Positions 9,906 to 19,971 of a stretch of DNA of 64,000 nt are shown piece by piece (positions within the stretch are counted from its first letter, which is position 1; every line of letters starts with the position of its first letter). The stretch comes from Desulfobacterales bacterium (GTDB lineage: Bacteria > Desulfobacterota > Desulfobacteria > Desulfobacterales > UBA5852): contig CAXXVS010000001.1 of the NCBI GenBank assembly GCA_963674755.2, forward strand, positions 352,001 through 416,000, written 5' to 3'. A program made the translations under genes and the position numbers. A model generated the notes under the pieces. It had not been told where the DNA came from, searched no databases, and saw nothing but the letters and a program-made list of their open reading frames with translations.

Positions 9906-11276
9906 TTATTCGCCTTGGGGATCGTCGGCCGCCAACCCGGGGTGGTCGCTTAAAAAACGATACAGGGTGGCCCGCCCCACCCCCAGCAGCCGGGCGGCTT
10001 TGGACTTGTTGCCCCCGGTCTGGGCCAGGGCACGCTGCACGGTGACGCGGTTGAGCTTGCGCGAGGGGCCCCGCCGCAAGGTTTCAGGCCGGGAGGCCCG
10101 GATCTCCATGGGCAGATCGTCGCGGGTGATAAGGCGGCCGCTGGATTTGACCAGCGCGAATTGAATGGCATTTTGGAGTTCACGCACGTTGCCCGGCCAG
10201 TCATAGTCCATCAGAAGGGACATGGCCTCCTTGGCAATGCGCAGGGGCGCCTGGTTGTGCTTGAGGGCGGCTTCGTGCATGAAGTGGTTGACCAGCAGGG
10301 GGACGTCCGTACGGCGCTCCCGCAAAGCCGGAATATGGATGGGAATGACGCTCAGACGGTAGAATAAATCTTCCCGGAAGCGGTTGTGCCGGACCTCTTC
10401 CTTCAAGTCCTTGTTGGTAGCGCTGATGACCTTGACGTCAACGGTAAGCGTCTTCTCGCCCCCCACCCGCTCGAAAGTGCCCTCCTGTAAAAAGCGAAGC
10501 AGTTTGACCTGCATATTCTTGGAGAGTTCGGCCACCTCGTCCAGAAAGATGGTGCCCCGGTCGGCCAGCTCGAAGCGGCCTTTCTTATCGCGGATGGCGC
10601 CCGTAAAGGCACCTTTGACGTGGCCGAAGAGTTCGCTTTCGATCAGACCCTCCGGCAGGGCGCCGCAGTTGATGGGCACAAAAGCCGTGCCGGCCCGGCG
10701 GCTTTCATTGTGAATGGCGGTGGCCACCAGTTCCTTGCCGGTCCCGGTTTCCCCGAAGATATGCACCGGATAGTCGTAGGCGGCCACATCGCTGATTTGC
10801 TGGAACACCTGGAGCATTTTGGCGTCCCGCCCGACGATATTGGAAAACTGGTTCAGGTTGCCGGATTGCAGTTGCAGCCGCAGCTCGTCGGTGATGTCGC
10901 GGAAAAGGGCCAGCACGCCCACATCCCGGCCGGCGGCATCCCGCATCATGGTGATGCTCATCTCGATGCGCCGCGTTTCACAGGTTTTGGTCGTGATATT
11001 GAGGGTGTATTCTTTTCGGTCGATGCTGCCGGGCGCAAGCTCGGCGTGGTCGCAGAAAGAGCAGCGTTCGCCGCAGAAGGGAATCCCGAAGGCATCGTGG
11101 CAGTCTTTGCCGATAATCTCTTCCCGGCTGAAGCCGGTAATGATCTCGGCCTGCTGGTTGAAGAAGAAAATGCGGCGTTTCAGATCGTGGGCGATAACCC
11201 CTTCTTTGAGATTATCCAGGATGCGGGCCAAGTTCTCCCGGGGGGCCAGAATTCGGTTCAGATGGGTTTCCGCCAT
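9906..11276 (-). CDS. PAS-domain sigma-54-dependent activator (OrpR-like Cys motif)
   Basis: PAS with C-x8-C-x3-C, GETGTGKE, ESELFGHVKGAFTGA, LDEV, WPGNVREL, Fis HTH. Confidence 0.93.
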   Translation of the reverse strand: MAETHLNRILAPRENLARILDNLKEGVIAHDLKRRIFFFNQQAEIITGFSREEIIGKDCHDAFGIPFCGERCSFCDHAELAPGSIDRKEYTLNITTKTCETRRIEMSITMMRDAAGRDVGVLALFRDITDELRLQLQSGNLNQFSNIVGRDAKMLQVFQQISDVAAYDYPVHIFGETGTGKELVATAIHNESRRAGTAFVPINCGALPEGLIESELFGHVKGAFTGAIRDKKGRFELADRGTIFLDEVAELSKNMQVKLLRFLQEGTFERVGGEKTLTVDVKVISATNKDLKEEVRHNRFREDLFYRLSVIPIHIPALRERRTDVPLLVNHFMHEAALKHNQAPLRIAKEAMSLLMDYDWPGNVRELQNAIQFALVKSSGRLITRDDLPMEIRASRPETLRRGPSRKLNRVTVQRALAQTGGNKSKAARLLGVGRATLYRFLSDHPGLAADDPQGE

Positions 11277-11399
11277 GAGCTTCCACTAGTCGACGCAGGG
11301 TGGCAAGATGCGCATATGAATACTGCATGCGATTCGGAATGTCAAACCATATAGGAAATCAGATCAACATGTTACACGATTTTTTTCGGTTTCGGGCGG

Positions 11400-12143
11400 T
11401 TACAGCCGGCAGGGCAGGCGCCGGTTCAGGCGGATGGCCTGCCGGTCGATATGGACATCGTAGGCCAGGATCTCCACTCCGCTCGCCAGCGCGCTGCGCA
11501 GGGCCTTGCCATAGGCCGGATCGATGTCGTCGGCCGGAGCGAAGACCTCGGCATCCATGCGTTGGATGAAATAGAACATGACACTGCGGTGACCGGCGGC
11601 AACCTGCGCGCCGAGTTCCTGCAGATGCTTCAAGCCGCGGGCGGTGACCGCATCCGGGAAGCGGGCCACGCCGTCGCGGACCATGGTACAGTTTTTGACT
11701 TCCACGTAACAGGTGCCCTGCCGTGCATCCTGCAGCATGAGATCAACCCGGGTATGATCGCCGATGCGCACTTCGGATTGCACGGCGGCGTAGCCGCGCA
11801 GTTCCTCCACCTGGCCGGTTTGAAGGGCATGCTTCACGAGGCGGTTGGGCACCAGGGTATTGACGCCCACCAGGGAGTCCGGCATCCGGATGAGCTCCCA
11901 GGTATACTTCAATTTCCGTTTGGGATTGTCATGCACCGAAAGGTAGACCGGGCGGCCAGGTTCACAGCAGTCCGTCATGCGGCCGGTGTTGGGGCAGTGA
12001 GCCGTGACCGTGCGGCCATCTTCCAGTTTCACATCCGCCAGGAAGCGCTGGTAGCGTTTAAGGAGCGTTCCCTTGACCAGGGGCGGCCAGGCCAGCCCCG
12101 TCGGTTCTGCGGCGGTGGGCTTGGATGTCGCGGCAGGGCCCAT
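11400..12143 (-). CDS. sfsA: DNA/RNA nuclease SfsA
   Basis: RYQRFLADV, HCPNTGRM, YVEVKNCT, FPDAVTARGLKHL. Confidence 0.95.
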   Translation of the reverse strand: MGPAATSKPTAAEPTGLAWPPLVKGTLLKRYQRFLADVKLEDGRTVTAHCPNTGRMTDCCEPGRPVYLSVHDNPKRKLKYTWELIRMPDSLVGVNTLVPNRLVKHALQTGQVEELRGYAAVQSEVRIGDHTRVDLMLQDARQGTCYVEVKNCTMVRDGVARFPDAVTARGLKHLQELGAQVAAGHRSVMFYFIQRMDAEVFAPADDIDPAYGKALRSALASGVEILAYDVHIDRQAIRLNRRLPCRL

Positions 12144-12691
12144 CAGTGATCGTCGGTGGCGGCGGGCGGTTTCAGGAAGCGCGCCACGATCAGGTCGACC
12201 AGGGCCGGAATCTCTTCCAGTCCGAACACGGCAAAGCGGTTGTCGGCCGGCAGGGCAAGGTCGATATCCGTCACCAGGGCAAAAAGGTCGGGATCTTCGA
12301 GAAACAGGGGATTGGCATGCGCGGCATGCCGCAGGATTTCCACCTTGGGCAGGCGCTCCGATTTGAAGCCTTCGGCGATGATCAGATCCACCCCGGCCAT
12401 CAGGGGGCGGATCTCTTCCAGACGCGCGATGGGCGTATTGACGACCATGGCCGTCTTCTCGGGTCCGGCAATGGCGGTGATATCGGCGCCGGCCTGCTGA
12501 TGGCGCCAGCTGTCTTTGCCCTCCCGGTCAATGGCGAAGCCGTGGTGGGCGTGTTTGATCGTACCCACCTTGAATCCGCGTCCCTTCAACTCGGGCAGCA
12601 GCTTTTCGATTATGGTGGTCTTGCCGGCGTTCGAAAAGCCCACCACGGTGATGATCGGCGGGTGGGCCGCAGTGTCGGGTGCGGGGTGCAT
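12143..12691 (-). CDS. mobB: Molybdopterin-guanine dinucleotide biosynthesis protein B
   Basis: GFSNAGKTT, IKHAHH, DREGKDSWRH, EGFK. Confidence 0.93.
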   Translation of the reverse strand: MHPAPDTAAHPPIITVVGFSNAGKTTIIEKLLPELKGRGFKVGTIKHAHHGFAIDREGKDSWRHQQAGADITAIAGPEKTAMVVNTPIARLEEIRPLMAGVDLIIAEGFKSERLPKVEILRHAAHANPLFLEDPDLFALVTDIDLALPADNRFAVFGLEEIPALVDLIVARFLKPPAATDDH

Positions 12692-12935
12692 AGACGATTA
12701 AACGCCGGCCAACCGGCGCTTCTCCCTTCGGTCAGTTTGGCAAAAGCAGGCGCAGATTATGCGTGTATGCCCCGGTTGTCAAGGCGTATGGCGCTGTGTG
12801 CGGGGATGATAAAACGATATGCCTGAAATTGCGCAAAGTCAGGTTGCGGATGCTTGACGTTGGTTTGCATGCGGGGAATTCTGGGGGGATTCGCGCAGAT
12901 TGCTTGATAACGGCAATTGGCGCCGGCGGCACCCA

Positions 12936-14852
12936 TCATTCGGCACCCAGGGCCATCCTGACGGTTTTGGCCAGATCGGCATAGGTTACCGGCTTCATCA
13001 GGAAAGCGCTGACACCGATGGCTTCTCTCACCCGGGCATCGATCCGGTCGCTGAAGCCGCTGCAGAGAATGATCGGGATATCGGATCGGATGGCTTTCAT
13101 TTCACGGGCCAGTTCGTCGCCCGACATTTTGGGCATGGCCATGTCGGTAATGATTAGATCGTATTTTTGGGGGTCTGTGCGAAAGGCCTCGATGGCATCA
13201 ATGGAACTGGCCCTGGTTTCAACGCGGTACCCCAGCCTCTCCAGCAAAGCCCGGCCAAGGTCGATCAGCGGCTTCTCATCGTCCACAAAAAGAATGCGCT
13301 CACTGCCCGTGGGTAGCTGCTCCGGCTGCTTGGCAGCGGCCTCAAGTGATGCCTCAACGACCGGCAAAAAGATATGGAAGGTCGTGCCCACTCCGGGCTC
13401 GCTGTAGACTTTGATACTTCCGCTGTGGTCCTGGACGATGCCGTGCACGGTGGAAAGGCCCAGGCCCGTGCCTTCGCCGGTGGGCTTGGTGGTGAAATAG
13501 GGCTCGAAAATGCGGTTAATCAGATTCGGTGCGATGCCAGGACCGGTGTCAGCGATGGATAGCTTGAGATAATCTCCCGGCGCCATCCCTGGATAGTTCT
13601 GCGCATCCTGCTCCTGGATGGCAACGGCCTTCAGGCTCACATCCAAAGTTCCGCCTGTGTTATTCATGGCATGGCGGGCATTGGTGCAAAGGTTCATGAC
13701 GACCTGGTGGATTTGCGTTTCATCCGCGAATACCGGTGCGAGATTCGAAGGAATGTCTTCCCGGATTTCAATATTTGCGGAAAGGGTCGCCTTGATGAGT
13801 TTTAAAGCCTCCTCAATCGCCCGGCTAATATCAAGCGGTCCTTTTTCGGAACGGCTCTGGCGGCTGAATGTGAGAATCTGTTGAACCAGGTCCTTGGCGC
13901 GGCGGCCGGCCTGGGAGATCTGGGAGACATATTGCTTCGCGTTTGAACCCGTCGGACATTCGAGCTGTGCCAGTTCGGTAAATCCTAAAATGGCCGCCAG
14001 AATATTATTGAAGTCGTGGGCGATCCCGCCGGCGAGGGTCCCCAGCGCTTCCATTTTCTGGGTCTCGCGCATTTGCGCTTCCATTTTACGGCGCTGCTTT
14101 TTGGCCTCCTTCCAATCGCTGATGTCCTGGACAAAAGAGACGCTGTAGAGTTTATTGTTAAATTCAAAGAGATTCCCCGTGATCGCTACGGGGATCTCAG
14201 TGCCGTCCTTTCGACGGTGGAGGGATTCAAAATGGATAACCCCCTCTTTTTGCAACTGGCGCCATAACTGTGCGTTTTCCTCCGGGGAATTACCCCGATC
14301 GATATCCAGGATATGCATCCGGCAGAGTTCTGCCTTGGTATAGCCAAGATATCGGCAAGCATGATCGTTTACATCGGCAATATGTCCGCTGGCCCTGGCC
14401 AGGAAAATACCGAAGGAAGCCTTGTCGAACATGAATTGGGATAGCCGTAGCGATTCGGAAAGGTGCTTGCGTTGCGTGATGTCCTTTATGAGCGCCATGG
14501 AGTAACCACGGCCTTCGAATTCGAGATAGGTCGCCGTCACTTCAACCGGGAAAACCGTACCGTCTTTTCGCCGATGGGCGCCCTCGACGGTGACGTTTTG
14601 CTCGGTGCTTATCTGTCGCCACGCATCAGGCCACATTTCCGGTGTAACCATGGGATCGATATCGGATACCGACATCCCCAGCAGCTCCTCCCGTGAATAG
14701 CCGAGAGATTCACAAGCTTTGCGGTTGGCGTATAGAATGCGGCCGTCCCGGTTCAACCTGAGGGCGCAGACCGAGGCGTTGTCCAAGCAGAATTTGTCCA
14801 GTCGACTTTCCTGGCTGTCCAAATTTGCGGAATTGTCCCCAGCGCTTCCCAT
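12936..14852 (-). CDS. Hybrid PAS-PAS histidine kinase / receiver
   Basis: Two PAS-PAC repeats (HRRKDGT), GIAHDFNN, MNLCTNA, DTGPGI, FEPYFTTK, GTGLGL, receiver VDDE..TDMAMP..KP. Confidence 0.93.
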   Translation of the reverse strand: MGSAGDNSANLDSQESRLDKFCLDNASVCALRLNRDGRILYANRKACESLGYSREELLGMSVSDIDPMVTPEMWPDAWRQISTEQNVTVEGAHRRKDGTVFPVEVTATYLEFEGRGYSMALIKDITQRKHLSESLRLSQFMFDKASFGIFLARASGHIADVNDHACRYLGYTKAELCRMHILDIDRGNSPEENAQLWRQLQKEGVIHFESLHRRKDGTEIPVAITGNLFEFNNKLYSVSFVQDISDWKEAKKQRRKMEAQMRETQKMEALGTLAGGIAHDFNNILAAILGFTELAQLECPTGSNAKQYVSQISQAGRRAKDLVQQILTFSRQSRSEKGPLDISRAIEEALKLIKATLSANIEIREDIPSNLAPVFADETQIHQVVMNLCTNARHAMNNTGGTLDVSLKAVAIQEQDAQNYPGMAPGDYLKLSIADTGPGIAPNLINRIFEPYFTTKPTGEGTGLGLSTVHGIVQDHSGSIKVYSEPGVGTTFHIFLPVVEASLEAAAKQPEQLPTGSERILFVDDEKPLIDLGRALLERLGYRVETRASSIDAIEAFRTDPQKYDLIITDMAMPKMSGDELAREMKAIRSDIPIILCSGFSDRIDARVREAIGVSAFLMKPVTYADLAKTVRMALGAE

Positions 14853-15185
14853 GGCGTCCCTCCGGGTTGTCAACAATCGGATTCAGTTTACGGGATATCC
14901 CGTTAATGTCAATTACTAGACCTTATTTATGGGATAACGATTTATAGGGGAAGGACCGTTTTCTTACTTGAAGAAGTGTTGCTGGATGGGTTGACCGGTT
15001 TTTTCTGATTCGTGCGCGGGGTGCTGGTTGATGTCGCCCCGGTGTCGGTTGCGAGGTAATAGATGATCCAGGCGGCGTCGGCTTTTTTGGTGCCTGAGTA
15101 TTTGGCGTTTCTAACGATGCCCTTAATTAAAAATTAAGGTGCGACCCTCTTAGTCCTCTTTTAGTCCTCCAATGTCTTTTTGATC

Positions 15186-16244
15186 CTAATCCTTGCCGCG
15201 TTCTATGGCCATATTCATGAACGCTTCATATGTATTGGCCGGAGGAATGTACTGATCGGGCATTTCTTTTTGTTTATAGAGCATGGCGCCCGTGGAACAA
15301 CCCGTAACGCACACGCCGCACCCAATACACCGGTCAGAATTCACCGATGCCGTCTGCTCCACTGTGATGGCGTCCATATGGCAACGGTCCGCACAGACGC
15401 CACAGGCGATGCATTCTTCCTCATCCACTTGGGCGTAATAACTGGTGTGCACATACCGTCCCGGTTTGTCCATGGCCTTTATATTTCTCAAAAAAAGGCA
15501 GCAACATCCGCAGCACATGCACAAAGTGGAAGGGTTTTGGCTGTTATCGGGCTGCAACACCAAACCGGCTTTTCTACCTCTTTCCAAGGCCTCCAGAGCT
15601 TCCGCCACGCCGACACCTCGACCCAGATCGTTCTCTTCAAAGTAATCGGTGATATCGCCGAAAAACAGGCATACATCCAGGGGGCCGGCACACCCTTCAC
15701 CCATAAGTAGTTGTTCCTTACGGCAGATGCAGGTTCCAAGCACAATCTTTTTTTGGCTTTTGATGAGCGCCTCGGCGTCATCATAGGAAAAAATGCTCAG
15801 GTCCGGAACGATCTTCCTGGACACGGGTATTACCCTTTTGTGATTGGTTTTGCTTTTCATCCAGGATTTCAGGTGGATTTGCGGCAGGTACGCGTTGTAA
15901 TCCCGCACCAGGTCCTCGGTTAGGTCGTTGCAATGGTACTCCCAAATTCCCATGATAAACATGGCCGCTGAATAGGCCTTTTGGTTACCCTTTCCGGAGC
16001 GGTAAATGAGTCCTTTACGTGACATTTCCTCCAGCCTAGTCGCTATCTCCTTTGCATCCATTCCGGTACGGGCAGCGATCGCTTCGGGATCCTCGGGAAT
16101 CACATTCAAGCAGACAGTCAGTTCTGCCTCTTCCGGCAAAAAAAGGTGCTTAAGTATGCGTATTTCCACACCGCTTTCCGTGGCGGGAAATCCGCCGGGC
16201 AATCTGTCCAAATGCTTTGCAAGGTTTTGATAAACATCAGGCAT
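15186..16244 (-). CDS. 4Fe-4S dicluster-domain protein with N-terminal HTH-like region
   Basis: CICRK, CMCCGCCC, CIACGVCADRC, CIGCGVCVTGC. Confidence 0.88.
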   Translation of the reverse strand: MPDVYQNLAKHLDRLPGGFPATESGVEIRILKHLFLPEEAELTVCLNVIPEDPEAIAARTGMDAKEIATRLEEMSRKGLIYRSGKGNQKAYSAAMFIMGIWEYHCNDLTEDLVRDYNAYLPQIHLKSWMKSKTNHKRVIPVSRKIVPDLSIFSYDDAEALIKSQKKIVLGTCICRKEQLLMGEGCAGPLDVCLFFGDITDYFEENDLGRGVGVAEALEALERGRKAGLVLQPDNSQNPSTLCMCCGCCCLFLRNIKAMDKPGRYVHTSYYAQVDEEECIACGVCADRCHMDAITVEQTASVNSDRCIGCGVCVTGCSTGAMLYKQKEMPDQYIPPANTYEAFMNMAIERGKD

Positions 16245-16471
16245 AAAATATCCCCATTGACATTTTTAATATCGACGGCAGGGGCTTCGTTTTCGACACC
16301 GAGATACAATTCTCCATACGCGTGTAGCCCAATGCCGCGGTCTGGGGCAGCAAGGGCTTTCTCTTTCCTTTACAAGTGGCAAATGGTTAATTTACGTTCG
16401 ATTTTTAAAGCGGCGCGGCTCTTGATGTCACCTGCAAGGGTTATATTTCTTGCTATTAATGAAATATGATA

Positions 16472-16918
16472 TCACTTTTCAGATAGTGTCCATGGCTTTG
16501 TAAAGTAGGTTTCGCGGACTTCAGACGCCTTTGAGTTCGCCCAATTTTCCAGCCCCATTTTATTGATTAAACACAGATTATAGACCTTCATGTTATGGGG
16601 TAGCTCAGTAGCTCTGTCTGCATAAGGGTGTAGATTATCACATGGAAATTCGTCACAGTCCCCACAAAAAGCAACGCCCTTTTTTTTAGAACATTCATAC
16701 GCGGCACAGCTATGCGAATCTCCGAAAATATGCTTTTGCAATGGTATTTTGCCATCGTGATCCCGGCACCCTTTGCATAGCATGATTTCAACTGGCACAT
16801 TATATTCTTCGGACATTTTTTCAACAGCGGCTCTTGCTTCCTTATTTTCAAGGGCCAAATGAAAATGGCAGTTAAAACAGTCCAAGCCGCAGGGAGCGGT
16901 CATTTGAAAATAATCCAT
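16472..16918 (-). CDS. DUF3795 Cys-rich protein
   Basis: APCGLDCFNC, CKGCR, C..KKGVAFCGDCDEFPC. Confidence 0.85.
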   Translation of the reverse strand: MDYFQMTAPCGLDCFNCHFHLALENKEARAAVEKMSEEYNVPVEIMLCKGCRDHDGKIPLQKHIFGDSHSCAAYECSKKKGVAFCGDCDEFPCDNLHPYADRATELPHNMKVYNLCLINKMGLENWANSKASEVRETYFTKPWTLSEK

Positions 16919-17029
16919 AGTTGATTCTCCTCACAATTTTAAAATTGATATGAACAGGTAAAATCATAATTCGACTATAGACAATAAAACATCACCCATT
17001 TGGGGGATATTTGGAAAAATTAAGGAAGC

Positions 17030-17065
17030 ATCGGTGGTAGGAACGCCCGTTGCCGGGCGCCTCCC
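17030..17065 (-). other. Group II intron domain VI / 3' end relic
   Basis: Minus strand reads GGGAGGCGCCCGGCAACGGGCGTTCCTACCACCGAT: D6-like hairpin, CCT(A)CC and terminal AT; no D5 or RT. Confidence 0.5.
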
Positions 17066-17074
17066 AAACTCTCC

Positions 17075-17406
17075 CATCCTCGGCGATAGTGATTTCGTCA
17101 AAAAAATGCTGGCACAAAGCGAGGAGGCTTTGGAGCGAAAGGTTGCGCTTGAAGCGAAGGGCATCGGCATCGAGGATATTGCCGCGCGCGTGGCGCAACT
17201 TCTCGAAATGACCTACGATGCGCTATGGCTTCCCGGCAAATACCAAAAGCAGGTTGCCGCGCGCAGTCTGCTGTGTTTCTGGGCGGTAAACGAATTGGGA
17301 TGCAGCGTGACCGCAATTGGGAAAAAGTTGGGCATTTCCGCACCGGCCGTCAGTAAATCGGTGCGGCGCTGCGATTATTCACGAAAGAGGTTATACGCTA
17401 GAGTGA
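17075..17406 (+). pseudogene. C-terminal relic of a REP-associated (RAYT-like) tyrosine transposase with HTH tail
   Basis: ILGDSDFV..ARSLLCFWAVNELG..IGKKLGISAPAVSKSVRR, then frameshifted AIIHERGYTLE*; HUH domain missing. Confidence 0.75.
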
Positions 17407-17445
17407 AGTTAAGAGAGAAAGGGCGTCCCCAAAACTCCCCCAAGC
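17406..17445 (+). repeat. RAYT-type end motif copy 1 (AAGTT..GGGCGTCCCC plus micro-duplication)
   Basis: aagttaagagagaaagggcgtccccaaaactcccccaagc directly after the transposase stop. Confidence 0.6.
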
Positions 17446-17536
17446 TTGATTTTGTCTTGGGATCAAGCACTGAATTTGCCCTTGTTCTGATCAAATCAGC
17501 CATCGAATAAAAATTGTCTATTTTACCGATTTCCAT
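17437..17536 (-). pseudogene. N-terminal stub of an Eco57I/BsuBI/PstI-type DNA methyltransferase
   Basis: MEIGKIDNFYSMADLIRTRANSVLDPKTKSSLG(EF), truncated at the end motif; resembles the R..AN..LDP..KS.LGQF.TP start of this family. Confidence 0.5.
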
Positions 17537-17814
17537 GTTCTCTGTGTATCTACCCTATATATTGTCTATAGTTTTATGATGGGAGTTCTGTTATAAAGAG
17601 CCATATCTCTTGTTGTTAATTGTTTGAATCATAGTATACGAAACATCACTTACATTATGGCGTGACAGCCTTTATCTTCAAAAGCCCAAAGGTTTAACAA
17701 TCCTGTCAAATGAAAGGCGTGGAAGAATTATTTTAAAAGCTCTTTAGTACCATAGAAGCTTCCAAATGTTGGGATCTGACTCCAGCTATGTTTTTATCTA
17801 TCATTAATTTAGCT

Positions 17815-18255
17815 TTATATTTTTAAAAATTTTAGAAAGTTATCAATATTATTCATAATAGTAGTACGGTCGTAGGATTCGGTTGTGCAGCTTATGGAGT
17901 TAGATGATTTTATAGTATGAACTTCTCCAAACAATGGCACAAAATCTTCATGCCCGCCTTTATAAGCTCGCCAAATATTATCAAGTTTTTTGCGTTTAAA
18001 AATCCCATAAATACTACGTAGATTTTGGTAGGATTGAAAAACTTCAAGCAAGTCGTCACTCAATCGTTTTTGTGCGTTTTGCGTGTTTAAAAACCTAATG
18101 GCCATTCGCTGAGCCACTAGTAAATTACGAAAATTGGCTTCGCACTCTAAAATACGTGAAACTCGAACAGCGCGAATAGCAATAAGGCCTCCGATAATTG
18201 CGCCTGCAAGGCCTGATGTAAGCGATAAAATGATAGTAAGAAGTTGATTTGTCAT
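17815..18255 (-). CDS. Hypothetical protein with N-terminal transmembrane helix
   Basis: 146 aa AT-rich ORF, hydrophobic N-terminus. Confidence 0.65.
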   Translation of the reverse strand: MTNQLLTIILSLTSGLAGAIIGGLIAIRAVRVSRILECEANFRNLLVAQRMAIRFLNTQNAQKRLSDDLLEVFQSYQNLRSIYGIFKRKKLDNIWRAYKGGHEDFVPLFGEVHTIKSSNSISCTTESYDRTTIMNNIDNFLKFLKI

Positions 18256-18538
18256 TTATAAATTCGAACGATCCCTTGCTATATTTTGTTTAGATTGTGC
18301 CGGAAGCTTACCAGCGGTCGACGAAGGCTTGAATACCAGATCGAAATGCGTTTGTCAGGTTTCCTTTGGTCTTATAGGAATTCTTGCATCTATTATCGCT
18401 AAGTTAATTGATGGCTTAAAAAATGGCAAAAATGAGCCACAACATGGTTTTTTGCTCATACGCAATGTGTAAATCAAGTGCTATCCTGCAGCCTGCATTA
18501 AAATAAATAGTGCGGATGCACCCCTTTGGAACCGTTTT

Positions 18539-19510
18539 TCAACCTTCCACTTCCGGCACTGGTGGCGTTATCGTAAATTTGTCGTCTTCCTTTAGAACCT
18601 TCGGGATGGATTTGAACGAACTGCGCCATTCTTCCAAAAATTTCCTGCCGAAGGCAGCAATTTCCCCGGGTCGATACCTTTCGAGTATCGATCTGTATAT
18701 TCGAAAAGCAAAGGTAAGCGTCATTCGATAGACTTCGTCGATTGATTGCAGCGTTCTAATGTGGTCAAAGACCAGCTCGCTTTGTGCCGGGTTAAAGTGC
18801 AGCTGCCGATCAAAGCTCAGACCGTGTGTCGCCTGGGAGTATTGCGTGTAAAAAATCTTGTACATGGCCTCTTCCCCAAGGCGGACGGCCATATCGCGGA
18901 TGGAGTTAACACCGAAAGGCTTGTACCATTCCACGTCTTTTCCCGATCGGGCCATGCGGGATTCGAATAGATCATTAACGGCATCAAGCTCAGGGTTGTT
19001 CAGTCTTGCTGTTTCATGGTCTATGTTTCTCTGGATTTCCTCCTGGTTATGAGGTACGATAAGGTTCTCGGCAGTCGATCCTGACAAATGAGCAATATGT
19101 GCGGCTCTCTCGGGTGTCCCGTCCAAGTAGCAGCGAAACCAGTAACGTTTTTGGCGGATATTCCAGACAAAGTAGGCCTTTCCCCGGCGGTCATAGTCCT
19201 CTTGAAAAATCCACTTCAGATAGAGGTGAATCTCAAATAGCGATCGGATATGTGGGAAACAGGCAAGTGCTGCACCCTCACGTGCGAGAATGCTTATGGC
19301 GTCAAGGTTGGCAACCGCATGTTTAAGAAATGACAGGATGGCTACAATTTCAGGTATTTTACGGTCTGATGTTAGAAAACATCGCGGAACAAGATTGGTT
19401 CCATAGTTTACGACCTGTTCAAGAAGTGCAATCTGGTCTGCGAACGAGTCCCTGATCTGCGCGCTGAAGAGCTGACGGTCCAGAATATTTTTATTTGCTT
19501 CATCCGGCAT
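18539..19510 (-). CDS. DUF5677 (HEPN-like) protein
   Basis: IRSLFE..YLKWI, WY..FG..SIRDMA, Y..YSQATHG. Confidence 0.7.
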   Translation of the reverse strand: MPDEANKNILDRQLFSAQIRDSFADQIALLEQVVNYGTNLVPRCFLTSDRKIPEIVAILSFLKHAVANLDAISILAREGAALACFPHIRSLFEIHLYLKWIFQEDYDRRGKAYFVWNIRQKRYWFRCYLDGTPERAAHIAHLSGSTAENLIVPHNQEEIQRNIDHETARLNNPELDAVNDLFESRMARSGKDVEWYKPFGVNSIRDMAVRLGEEAMYKIFYTQYSQATHGLSFDRQLHFNPAQSELVFDHIRTLQSIDEVYRMTLTFAFRIYRSILERYRPGEIAAFGRKFLEEWRSSFKSIPKVLKEDDKFTITPPVPEVEG

Positions 19511-19647
19511 TGTCCATAATATCCCAGGCAAAGGTCTTGACACTTAAAGCCGAGGTGATAATTAAGCAGCTGTTCTCTGCCCGTGGCAGTAGAATGTACA
19601 AAGGATTCCGCTGAGCCCGCCTGGCAAATCAGCGGTATGCCACCTGG

Positions 19648-19678
19648 CAAAAAGGGGCCCATTTCGGGATCCTTTTTG
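19648..19678. terminator. Probable bidirectional terminator
   Basis: caaaaaggggccc-atttc-gggatcctttttg imperfect stem with A/T tails. Confidence 0.5.
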
Positions 19679-19781
19679 TTTTGATCGAAGTCGGCTGGCT
19701 ATTAAAACCATATCCAATCATCTCTATCCATCTGAACGATAAACAACAAAGATGCGGCCTTTTTGTTAAGTCGATATTTTA

Positions 19782-19805
19782 AAGTTTATAAGTTCAGGGC
19801 GTCCC
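19782..19805 (+). repeat. RAYT-type end motif copy 2
   Basis: aagtttataagttcagggcgtccc. Confidence 0.6.
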
Positions 19806-19947
19806 GCTGATGCCCCCTCGAAGTCTTTGTATAGTGATCTGAGATTTTCAACTATGTCATGAGGAAATGGATAGTCGGCTGTGTCTGGTTCTGTCAGTCA
19901 TTTTGCTATCGAACTCGCACGAAGTATGTTTCAAATGGTTAGGTTTG

Positions 19948-19971
19948 AAGTTTAAAGTTTCAGGGCGTCCC
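19948..19971 (+). repeat. RAYT-type end motif copy 3
   Basis: aagtttaaagtttcagggcgtccc, near-identical to copy 2. Confidence 0.6.

Noticed and set aside
14947..15120. Second RAYT C-terminal relic on the minus strand (KKADAAWIIYYLAT)
   Set aside because: Similarity is too short and degenerate to list as a feature without an alignment.
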